Shown here in pieces: positions 51,459 through 62,353 of a stretch of DNA of 64,000 bases (the stretch's first letter is position 1; each line of letters starts with the position of its first letter). The position numbers and the translations under genes were made by a program. Location: NCBI RefSeq assembly GCF_037042905.1, contig NC_087246.1, forward strand, positions 51,088,001-51,152,000. The letters are read 5' to 3'. Source of the stretch: Lytechinus pictus (taxonomy: Eukaryota). The notes below the pieces were generated by a model that was not told where the DNA came from, did not search any database, and worked only from the letters and a program-made list of their open reading frames with translations.

Positions 51459-53092
51459 ATCCACGAGGCAAGAGGTTGAGAAGGACGAGTTTGCCAAAGA
51501 GCGGGCCATCATGAATGATCTAGATGACAATGGATGGAGTCACATCCATCATGCTGCTTTTCATGGCTATATCAAGTCTATAGAGAAGTTTGTTGGAGCC
51601 AGCGAAGACCAGCTGGAGTTCCCTACCAACGATGATAAGCTGATGACCCCAATCCTCCTGGCTGTTGATAGCGGGAAGCTGGACACCGTGGAGTGCCTTG
51701 TGAAGCTTGGATCTGATCTGCGTTACCAAAACACCCAAAACCAGGGTCCAGTTGAGATAGCGGCTCTGAAGCAGTACATCGATATCCTGGAATACTTCAT
51801 CAAGTTTGACCACAAGGACCTGCCAGTGTGGCCCAAGTTGATGAAGTTCATGGGTTCAGACATGGATGATGAGGCGGAAGCAGCGGGGAAGATGCTGGTG
51901 ATCTTGACGAAGCCTTCAGAAAAGGGATTGAATCCATACTGGGAGCCTATTGTGCAGAATAATGGGGTTCCGGTCATAATGAAGGTCATCAAGTCCATGA
52001 TTTGTGACAAAGCAAAACTGTATGCCTTCACAATCCTCTTGAATATAATTGAAGAAAAAGTGGTTAAGGAACAGATAGTGAAAGCTGCGGGCATCCCAAC
52101 AGCATTGAAGATGATTACTTCTACTGACAGAGAGATGGTGTATGCCTCTTCATGCATATTGTGTCATTTATCCATGGTGAAGGACTACATTGACAGCATG
52201 GTACAGAATGGTGCAATCCCAATATTGGTTAAACTATGGCAGACGTGCACTGACACAGAGATACTAGTGCAAGTAACAGAAACTGTCTCCCAGATTGCAA
52301 GTTCTAATGCAGATTATCAGAAAACGATAGGTAACTCATCAGGTGCATTGACAGCTGTGGTTGGACTGTTTGAAAACAAAAAGTCAAAGTCACTTCTGCT
52401 AGCACTCACACGGGCTGTACGCAATATAGTATGTAAGAACGTGGATAATCAGAATATGTTTGTCGATGAGGGAGGAGCGTCGGCTCTGATATCCCTTGCC
52501 AATGAAAAGTACAATGACCTTCAGCTGAGTGCCATCAGTGCCATACACATGTTAGCACAGGACAATCCTCACACTCAGAAGATCATCTTAGAAGAAGGTG
52601 GTGTTATACCTCTAATGCAGCTCCTCAAGAGGAGTGGCTCACCCAACGTCCATGTCTGCACAGCCAGTGCTTTGTGGGCACTGGCAGGAGAAGACATCGA
52701 TGAGAGGCGGTCCATGGCCAGCATGATTGGTGTTAATCTACTCATAGACTTTCTTAATGCGCAGGCTGAAAATGACATTCTCCACTACATAGGAGCGGAA
52801 GGATTGGCCGTCCTTGCCCAGGGGGCCCTCAACAAGCAGGACACTATCGCCAATGCAAATGGAGTTCAACCCTTAGTCAGACTGTTGCGTTCACCAAAGG
52901 AACACATTGTCCTCAGCACGATAAGAGCTCTGAGACATCTATGCATAGGAATAGGTTTCATACCGCATGCGAAGAACCAGGCAACCATCCTTGGAGCTAG
53001 GGGAATACGATATCTAGTTGCTCTCATGGTACATTCTAGGAACGAGCTGGTCAGAGTAGAGTCAGCATTGAGTCTTGGTTACTGCAGCATTG
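51459..53092 (+). CDS. ANKAR: Ankyrin and armadillo repeat-containing protein, large exon
   Basis: Ankyrin repeats (GWSHIHHAAFHG, TPILLAVDSG) followed by tandem ARM repeats (GAIPILVKL, GGVIPLMQLL, GVQPLVRLL). CAG acceptor and G|GTAAGT donor. Confidence 0.92.
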
Positions 53093-53489
53093 GTAAGTTA
53101 GCACATGTGACATGTAAAATGTGACTCTGCTTTCATACTTGGTAGAGACAAAGATATCCTTTTATCATGGATCATACTCGAGTCAAGAAAAGAAATGAGA
53201 TATACATAAGGAATTTTAATTTTTGGTATTTAAGAAGTATTGTTGCACATAATCACGAGAAGATTTACCAAATTGGTTTTACAACATTTTCACTAGGCTT
53301 ATTCTTTGATGTTGGATTCAAATTCAAGGTCATATAACTTTTGTTAATGAACAAATTTGATAAAGGAAGTTAAGGAACCAAGAAAACTTGTCCTGAAAAC
53401 CTGAAAACCTGAATAATCTCATTTTCTTAGAATGTTTTACTTGAGAAAACATTGAAGTTTCCCTTTATTTTCTCATCCTTCCTTTACAG

Positions 53490-53734
53490 GCAATTCTGAA
53501 GTGATGAACGATATCAGTGAGAATGTAGACTTTGATTACATCCATATCCTGCGTAGGCTTCATTCGAGTGACAACCTTGTGCGTTTACTCGCTGGGAGCG
53601 CATTAGCTGCCTTTGCATACAACAACGTCACACAACAGAAAGAGATTGCCGAGTCAGGAGGGATTCGTTACCATTCCTTTGTCCCATTTCTGGAGTCTAA
53701 TGACGAGTTCTTTCGCTGCAATGCTGCTTTTCAG
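53490..53734 (+). CDS. ANKAR: ANKAR-like exon
   Basis: LAGSALAAFAYNNVTQQ...NAAFQ. CAG acceptor and CAG|GTTTGA donor; phases fit. Confidence 0.92.
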
Positions 53735-54052
53735 GTTTGACTGTTAAAAATTATTTTTGTTTTTGAATAAACGTTTATTTCTTGATTGCTCCTTTTTCAA
53801 ACAAATAATGATTTCAGTCTGATATTTTGATATATATAAGTTTCAGGGTCAACATTATATAAATGATCTCATTTAAAACCTTTTTTCCAGGACTTTGAGA
53901 CTTTTTATAAAAGTTATACCAATATTGATATGGTTATCATTGTCATCATTATCACAATGACCATTACCATTAAAGTATATCCCCTGATTTTGACTAATCT
54001 ACCTTAATTCTTTTATACTAATTGTTGATCTCTCCTTTGCTCCTCCATACAG

Positions 54053-54209
54053 GTTGTTGTATTGGCTCGCATCATCCCCGATGAGGACCAAGCTACAACA
54101 TCAGCGATTGGTATCAAGCTCCTCGTAGACCTTCTTCAACAATCCAAGAATCCTCTCATTCTAGCCCTTACAGCGGAATGCATAGCGAGGCTTGCTCATA
54201 CAAGGGCAG
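54053..54209 (+). CDS. ANKAR: ANKAR-like exon
   Basis: VVVLARIIPDEDQATTSAIGIKLLVDLL...LAHTRAG resembles the vertebrate ANKAR C-terminal ARM region. G|GTATGA donor. Confidence 0.92.
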
Positions 54210-54648
54210 GTATGAACACATCTGGGCCTGATTCATAACGAGTTACAACATTGGTATTTTTGGGCATTATGGCAACTACCATGGTAACAGGACTCCACAG
54301 CCAATCACAATCAAGGTTTTCATGGTAGTTGCAATAATGGCAGAGTTACAATAGGTGTATGCCTTTATGAAATGACTTCATTTCAAGTTGAACAGGAAGG
54401 CTAGTATTGGGAGAGATGGCACTTTGGTTTTTGCAACTGGAATGAAATCGAGTTCATGATACAATCTTCAATTACTAAATTAGAATATATTTATTTGATA
54501 AAATTTAATCCAGAAATGGCTTACATTGTAAGTATATAAACAACAAAGTTTGTCTCTCTTGACGACGGTGTATAGTAGCAGCATAAACATAAACACAAGA
54601 GGATTTCCATTTGCTCGCATAAATAATGGAAGCCATGTGTTGTGTAAT

Positions 54649-56496
54649 TAGTGCTGCAAGTCAGGCGCCATGTTCGGGTTCGGTTCGGTTCGGCAAGGTT
54701 CGGCAGAAATTTGCCGAACATTGGTTCGGTTCGGGGTTCGGTAATGATAGACTGATAAAGCTATAGTTCATTCAGGTATACGTAGCGCGCGTACCGGTAG
54801 ACAATTTGTACTTGATTGACTGCATGTGCTCGCGTGTACCTCTGTACTGTCACATCAAACCATTTTATCTCTATCTTGTTGACATGAAACTACGAAAGTT
54901 ATAGCGCTCAACGAATCAACTGTTATCTCGAATTTGATTATCTGATGACAGATTAATTGGGTAACTCACAGTTCTAAAATGGCGACTCTTCCTAGTCGTC
55001 CATACCTGGACCACACTTTGGATACTTGCCAAATTAACTACGCTCGCACTCGTACCAGTACCAGCTAGGCCAGCGCATGCAGTCCCTATAGCTTGTAGCG
55101 GGACTCTGAGCTCATGAATATTTATATATGCAGTCCGGCCAAACGTGATTGGCAAGAGGCGGCCAGCGCCAGTGCACTGAACTGTAGGCATAGTAGGGCC
55201 AGGGGCGTGTCGAAGAAAGCGTGCTTATGTAATGCGCCTTTCGCTAATTGGCTCGATGGGTGAACTAAAACACCAATCGCATGTCGCTGATTGTCGCATC
55301 GGCACATACAGCCACGTGCTTTGTCTGCTCGCGAAACTCAGCTCACTGATTGAAGAGCAATTCCCGAGATTTCTATGATTTCATTGGTCAGATTTCATTC
55401 GACCATGAACATACAGACCAAGTGGGATGCAAAGTTTTATGACTGTAATGGGACAGGGGGAGTAGTGTGATCATCGAATTGTTTATGGTTAATTTGAGAA
55501 GTTGATAAGAAAGGAAAACAAAAGTAAAGATTGGGGGTCATTTTCCCCCAAGAGATGAATGTTTCCGCATGGCTTTATCTTCATTCAACTTGTCAACGAG
55601 GGGAAGGGGATCTTGCTATATGCTATACCGTAATCATTCATGAGTATTTGATTTTTATTTTCATCTGATTGTTAATAATAAAAAAGATAACTTCACCTCA
55701 TCTCATTTCTATATTATTTGTTTTGCGTCTCTCCTTTCCATCTCTAACAGTCACTCACTTTATTTCCCACTTTCACTTGATCTCTCGTTTTCAAAACTCT
55801 TTACTTCTCTCTAAAATCATGAAAACTAGACAGTAGCGAGCCAACACCTCAATAATAATGTCAATCACCTCGATCAGATCTTTATTCTCCGCCGCAACAA
55901 TACACGAGTTACGATCTTAATCACATCGTATCGTAATTCGTAATATTAATGGTACTTCATCTTTCACTTTCAGTTTATTGAGCTCGTTCATTCAAAATAC
56001 TTTGAAGATTTTCAAACAAGAATCTTGTTCGCCACCTAAAAACAACAATATTTTAGATAATTAGATTTAACCAATGAACACTCATACAGTTTTGGTTTTC
56101 TTTACCATGCTTCGGCGATTCGGCCACAGAGCGAGAGATGATGAAAGCCAGTAAAATGATTATAGCGCAAGCTCGCGCAACATCATTCATCGGATCTCCT
56201 TTCTTAATCAGGGCCGTAAAAACCACAATGTCAACATGAAAATGAAAACAAAATCTAGTAACCGCAAAATATGCGCATACTTCCAACATAAAATTGCAAA
56301 GAAGATTCAATAGAGAATGCGCAAATATAATGATTAGAAAGGGTGTAAACTTATAAATTTATTAGCTGAAAGCCGTTTTTTTTTTTTTTTGCCGAACTTC
56401 CGAACCAAGTCTTAGTGTTCGGTTCGGTTCTGTTCGGTTCGGAAGTGCCATGTTCGGCGAACTACCGTTCGGTTCGGCTGTTCGGCTACAGCACTA
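54649..56496. mobile_element. Non-autonomous hAT transposon in ANKAR intron
   Basis: TIR TAGTGCTGCA / TACAGCACTA, perfect 8-bp TSD TGTGTAAT (54641-54648, 56497-56504), and subterminal (GTTCG)n arrays at both ends. No transposase ORF. Confidence 0.92.
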
Positions 56497-57089
56497 TGTG
56501 TAATGCCCAGCTTATAGGTGTAGAGGTATCTGGACCTATTGCTGAGTTTGACTGTTATACTCCATCGAGATCTCAGACAGAAACACTTATTAAATTTGCC
56601 AGAATTTGCAAAAAATCTCATGCACATCTTTTGATGCTTGCAGAGTAATATGATACTTCTTTCAATAGGATCTGTTCACCATTACCATTAGTGATTACTT
56701 ACTCACATAATATCATCACTTGCTGCAGTTGTATCCATCACAAGAATTGTTTAGGAATGAATATGTTTGCGTACCTGGTTTCGATGATGATAAAGATTTG
56801 ATTTTAATAACTGCTAATTTGTGGTCTTGACTCTTGATGCACTTTGTGTAATTTTGATCTAATTCTCTTCTAACAAATGTTTCTATGTGAAAAATTTTCC
56901 CCTATATATTTTGTTTTTAAATACTTTGTCCATAGATTTATTTGAAATCATCTCAATTAGTTATAAAGGTGAACCTTTTATTTTCTTTTGCTATAAATCA
57001 CATAGGGACATTCTATTGTAATGTGGCATGTACTATAGTGTTTTATAGACCTCTAAAATGAACAAATAAGTTAATGGTTTTATTTGTAG

Positions 57090-57237
57090 GAGTTCCTGCT
57101 GCAGTTGTATCCATCAAATCTGTAGATGTTTTATGTCAGTTGATGCTTGCCGAGAATGAGCAAGTGAGAGGATCTGCTGCCATAGCACTAGGATATCTGA
57201 GTTTCAACCACAAAGCAGAAAGAGAGATGCTCAACAG
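57090..57237 (+). CDS. ANKAR: ANKAR-like exon
   Basis: GVPAAVVSIKSVDVLCQLMLAENEQVRGSAAIALGYLSFN. TAG acceptor and AG|GTTAGT donor. Confidence 0.92.
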
Positions 57238-57946
57238 GTTAGTTTGGTCTTCTTCCATTCTCTCCCTTATCTATCTTATATCCCTTTCTCTTTCGATTAT
57301 TTCCTCATATTAGTTCAACTATTTCAGTGTTTTTTAAAGCAAAAAGAGGCTTCATGATGATTAAAATGTAGATAAGATGTTAATCATTGTTTATCTCTCT
57401 TATTCCCATCCTCTTTTTCTTTGATTATTTGATCTTTCTCTTCTGTATACATAATCAGTCTTCTCAACTCCTTATATCTTTGTGACAGGCAAGTTAATAT
57501 GTTCGACATGAGTGCAATGATAAAAGATTTTGCAAGAGGTGAAAGGAAAACTCTATTCAACAAGACTGAGCCGTGTTGAATTGAATGTCTCTCTTTTACT
57601 GAATCTTTGCAATTTGTTTTTTACAATGCTTTTAGAAGTTAGCAAAACTGTGAATATTGTGAAGAATAACCAATATTTTTCCCATGGTAATCCTTGAAAA
57701 AGAAGAAATCATTGTAAAAGAGTATAATCCCAGAGTAGCATTGCGCGTTTGGCCAGTGTATGCATTATTGCACCTGCGTGGCTATGCAATGGTCTATGTA
57801 CATTTTGAATAGTATGTATGGGATGTTGCACTTCAGCCTACCATTTGCTTAAATGTTCAACAAGCCTGCAAGGCATTTTGCATGAATTTACAACTGCCTA
57901 TAAATGAGACAATCAAATGTTGAATGTGAAGAGACTATCAATAGGA

Positions 57947-58153
57947 GGCGCGATAGCTCAGTCGGTAGAGCAGGGGTTTCGGATTCCGGTGACCCAGGTT
58001 CGATTCCCAAGTGGTGCGCTAGTGCCCTTTGGTAAGGCATTTATCCTCATTACCAGGTCCCTCGGAGAGGACCTTAAGCTGTCGATCCCCTGGTTGCTTG
58101 CTCACAGGCATTCTTGCTTTCTTAGCAGTCAGGTAAAAAAAAACCTTGGTAAA
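57947..58153 (+). mobile_element. tRNA-derived SINE (family 1)
   Basis: GGCGCGATAGCTCAGTCGGTAGAGC...GGTTCGATTCCC...CTTAGCAGTCAGGTAAAA; same family as 4388-4590. Confidence 0.9.
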
Positions 58154-58180
58154 ATCTTTTTTGTTCCTCCTTACATCCAG

Positions 58181-58300
58181 ATGTAGACAGGATCCTTACC
58201 TGTTCAAGGTGTTGAAGTACTACACTCAGAACTACAGACTCTCTCAAGCATTCCTAGAGGCTTGGAAGCATTATCAACACATCGGTCTTCCTCCCATAGA
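58181..58300 (+). CDS. ANKAR: ANKAR-like exon
   Basis: RCRQDPYLFKVLKYYTQNYRLSQAFLEAWKHYQHIGLPPI. CAG acceptor and GA|GTAAGT donor; phase 2-2. Confidence 0.88.
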
Positions 58301-58335
58301 GTAAGTAGCAAACTTTATATATGTATATTTGATAT

Positions 58336-58620
58336 TAATAATAATAATAATAACAGTATATTTACCCAGGGTAGCCACTTCAGTTCCGAAAACTGTTCTC
58401 CCAGCGGGCCCTGCTATTATTACCCTACCTATTACCTATTCGGTGCACACAGCTTTTTGAGGAATTACTTCCTGCCGGTACCCATTTACCTCACCTGGGT
58501 CGAATGCAGCACACTGTGGATGAATTCCTTGCTGAAGGAAATTACGCCATGGCTGGAATTTGAACCCACAACCCTCTGTTTCAAAGTCCGGAGACTAATC
58601 CACTGGGCCACGACGCTCCA
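58336..58620 (-). mobile_element. tRNA-derived SINE (family 2) with (TTA)n tail
   Basis: Minus strand reads TGGAGCGTCGTGGCCCAGTGG (A box)...GGTTCAAATTCC (B box)...GACCCAGGTGAGGTAAATGGGTACC, ending in a simple-repeat tail. Confidence 0.85.
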
Positions 58621-58630
58621 TTGGATACTA

Positions 58631-59238
58631 CAGTGCGTATCAAAAAAAAGTTTACACATTGAAAAAACCCTGGGAATTAAAAATATACAACATGTGGGTA
58701 ATTTTTTCACATATAATCTTAGGTTTGGGTCTCATCTATCCAATGAAAGTAAAAGTTTTGACAGAATGTTACACTTGAGTGAGCACTGTCCATTTTTGTA
58801 AAGCTCGCAGAAATCTGTTTGCGCAGAAATGCTCGTTTTCACGCTGTGTCAAGGAGAAAGGGCAAAATCAAACTTACCCTCAGAAACATTTATCATACAT
58901 TTCCCTTGCACTTTTAGTCAATTGAAATAAAACGGATACATTCAAGCATTTCGTAACAATTTTGTCACCCAAATTGAAATTTTAACACTTAGTAAGCTCA
59001 ACCTTTACCCTTTTTGTGCCAGCTGGATCTGAGGACATAACTGAATCTGAACAAAAGTTTATATCAGACATCTCCAGCATGGTGCTCACTCAAGCGGAAA
59101 TATTTTTCGACTGTTATATCGCCATTTGCTTAAATGGATCTGTACCAATGTTATAATGTGGAAAAATCTTCAGGATATTACAAATGTATAATTTTACAGG
59201 ATTTTTTCTAAGTGTAAACTTTTTTTTGATACGCACTG
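58631..59238. mobile_element. Tc1/mariner-type MITE, intact
   Basis: TA|CAGTGCGTATCAAAAAAAAGTTTACAC ... GTGTAAACTTTTTTTTTGATACGCACTG|TA. Confidence 0.92.
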
Positions 59239-59250
59239 TAGTAGTTCAAA

Positions 59251-61171
59251 ATGGGATACCAGAAATATTCCACGTGTAGCACGGGACCGTTTTGGGTGGG
59301 GGAGGATCTTTTACTTTACAATAACAACAGTGCAGCGGAAGGATTTTTTTATACGAAGAATCCCCACCCTGTCCGTCTACAGAGGTAGAAATTAAATAAA
59401 ATACTATTAGGTTGTAATTATTTTACAAGGTAATAATCACACATTACAGAATCAAACACCATCAATCAACAACATTCACACTATGTTATTAACTAATGTA
59501 AATAATAATACTCAATAAAATAAACTAGCATACTCATTATATAAAGGATATATGTTCCTTTAATTCTAAACTAACAAATGAACATTATATACATGATATT
59601 TACAAAGATAAAAGATGATGTAACTCTTGGCTACATAATTATTTGAATGAGTATGAACATATAGTTCAGATGATACTTAAAAACTTAACTGGACATAACT
59701 TTAAAACAGTTGTTGAACAACTACTGTTATCAAGACTAACATAATGACATTGAAACTAACATAGCATTGAGGGTCTCACTGCAGAAAGAAATAAAATGTG
59801 GATGCCGTTCATGATCAGAAGACCAGTGACCTGAGAATCAGGAAAAAGAGAAGTTACATGATAGTAACTTCATGGAGGATGTTTCCTCTTCATCTCGAAA
59901 GTTGTGTATTCAGTTTAATCAAAATATGATTTTACTATTTCTAATATTAAATTCAAATATCAAACTTCATGTTAAATACTTTATAACAACTAGGATTAGT
60001 AAATCATTTTACAATAGTATATCAAATCAATACTGAAATGGTTTAGCACAATGAAATTCAGGAAAGTCTTTAATCAGATACATTAGAGTCCGCACAGTAT
60101 TAACGCGGCAAGATAGGGAACTCAGCCTATCTGCTTGACCAGAATAATACCGTTTAGTTGTTTTGGATTCGCGACTTTCTTAAAATTTGTAATTCGCAAA
60201 GTTCAAAAGGCTCAACTATAAAACTCGCACCATGCTCGTGCTGCTAGACAATCATGAATAACAAGTGCTTTACCATGAACAATAATCGGAACTGGTTAGT
60301 AACAATTATAAGAAATTCAAACAATCAATAAGATGTAGATTATAGAATAGTATCTATCATCAGATATGTAAAACTAAACTTTAAATATTATTAAATCGAA
60401 GATTGATAATACACCAAATGTGTAAAAGCAATTGTGGACAAATAACTTTAAATCGAATATTAAATTTATAAGATCAATTATCCAATAATCTTATAAACTT
60501 TGTATAACAAGCAATCAATTTAATATCAAATACAGTACTGAAATATAGGATGACTTTAGGATCTTACCTGAGAATCAGGAAAAAAAGAGAAGTTACATGA
60601 TAGTAACTTTATGGAGGATGTTTCCTCTCCATCTCGAAAGTTGTGAAGAAGATGCCTCCAGAACTTCTATATAAAGGTATTTTCGACAGTACCATTATTT
60701 TTTAAAAGGGGTGTGTATATTTATAACTAGTAATACTTGTTGATCCTTAGTCATCTCTTTTAATAAACAAAAACCAGAAAACAATAACTGCTTACCCCTT
60801 TAGGGTAGCAAAGATGGAAGAGTCCATCAACTTTTCCCCAAAATACTACTACGTCATTCATGTCATTCACGTCATTATTTCTGAGAATAATGACCACCAG
60901 ACCCTGACTCATACTACCCAGAACTGACCATTGGCTCTCTCTTTCGCTCTCTCTCTCTCAGTCTGTACAGAGGTCATAAAAACTCTCTGCTCTGACCATC
61001 CAGTTATAGATGTTCAATATCCATACATGGGGGGGGGGTATTACAAGGTCTTTATCCTTTTCACTACATATAATATGTTATGTAGCACCAAAAGGGTGCT
61101 ACACACAGGTTAAAGGATATTGCACGAATGCAATATCCGACCTAATCAGTGACATATTTCTAGTATCCCAT
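59251..61171. mobile_element. ~1.9-kb element bounded by imperfect TIRs, in ANKAR intron
   Basis: ATGGGATACCAGAAATAT (59251) vs ATATTTCTAGTATCCCAT (ending 61171). GTGTAGCAC/GTGCTACAC is also mirrored. No clear TSD. Confidence 0.5.
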
Positions 61172-61587
61172 GAAGAAAGACCAATTAATGTAATTTTTAT
61201 CTTGATCATTATGCATTAGACATTGTGGTAGTGTCCATGATTAGACCAAAGTCGTTCACACGATGATAAAAGGTGTACATCCAATGGAAGGGTGAGGTAC
61301 ATAGAGATGTGCTACTATAAGAGACCTCCAAACTATCCCTGCATAAACTTAATTAGAGTGAACTTTCTGTAATTCTCATCAAATCTTGACAAATAGATAA
61401 TGAACAAACATACTATTTAAAGTCCTGCTAAACTTACAAACAGCTTAGTAAAATGGCCCTATGCTGACTCATGCACTAGATGTGTACATATAATGTCATA
61501 GAATAGATTTACACATGTACATGTACTTACCTGTATAATTGGTTGGAATTCTGTAAATTGACTTGCGTTTCATTTGTTCATCCGCAG

Positions 61588-61658
61588 TACTGCACAGAAG
61601 CCTTGTCTGGTTGGCAAGAAGAATATTCCATTCCTGAGCAATATCAAGAATCCAAATG
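61588..61658 (+). CDS. ANKAR: ANKAR-like exon
   Basis: CGCAG acceptor, open frame TAQKPCLVGKKNIPFLSNIKNPN, and G|GTATGT donor. Phase matches the preceding exon. Confidence 0.75.
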
Positions 61659-62343
61659 GTATGTTTTTCACTCATCTTAAATTAAAATATGCTAAATATC
61701 TTAAGTTCATGAAATCATGGCAATGTCTCATGTTTCTTTCTTCAGATATTAATATTTTAATGTATTCAAATATTTAAATCACCAAGAATACATTTTATTT
61801 TCATCAGCCTGGGTGATCATCATAATCTTCCAACATTGTAATAATCTCTTTTCAGACCCCCCCCCAAAAAAAAAGAATTTATCTTATTTTATATTAAGTC
61901 CATTTAAATTGATATACTTTGATGATGTTTAAGTGGTGGTGCATAGGTGAATAGTGAATTTCATATAATGAGAGGAATCTGCGAGATAGCCTGTGGCCAC
62001 CCATAATATCAGATGCTATTGTTAATATTGAAGGAATAGTAGAATCTAGACAACTTATTACTAGATTTATAGGACCAATCCCTTATCTTGGGAGCAGATT
62101 TTACATCATATCTCTAGATGTAAAAAAAAAAATGATTTATATAATGAAATTTTAATTTTAAAAATTTTTTTTTTTTAAATCATGGCTTTGCATGAAACTA
62201 TATTACATACTACGCATTTATATTTTTTGATATAATGAATGCAGAGGAGTTTATATAACCATGTCTGATCCTAAAAGCCTTCAATTTTATGAAACATTTG
62301 TATATGTCCTGTGCTTTCCCAACTCTCATTAATGCTTGTGCAG

Positions 62344-62353
62344 CTCTTGATGG
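62344..62353 (+). CDS. ANKAR: Candidate 10-nt microexon of the ANKAR-like gene
   Basis: TGTGCAG|CTCTTGATGG|GTAAGT, open in the incoming phase (A-L-D-G). Confidence 0.45.

Noticed and set aside
51520-52778. Antisense ORFs over ANKAR (likewise over PIGO and SLC7 exons)
   Set aside because: These are shadow ORFs, expected opposite long coding exons.
57947-58020. tRNA gene (also 4520-4590 and 58545-58620)
   Set aside because: A and B boxes are present but there is no proper acceptor stem. Each runs into a SINE body and tail, so these are SINE heads.
58262-58801. 179-aa ORF
   Set aside because: It crosses an exon end, an antisense SINE and a MITE, so it is a chance open frame.
59239-59250. Polinton/Maverick AGTAGT terminus
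   Set aside because: No long TIR and no polymerase, integrase or capsid ORFs. The hexamer overlaps a MITE TA duplication.
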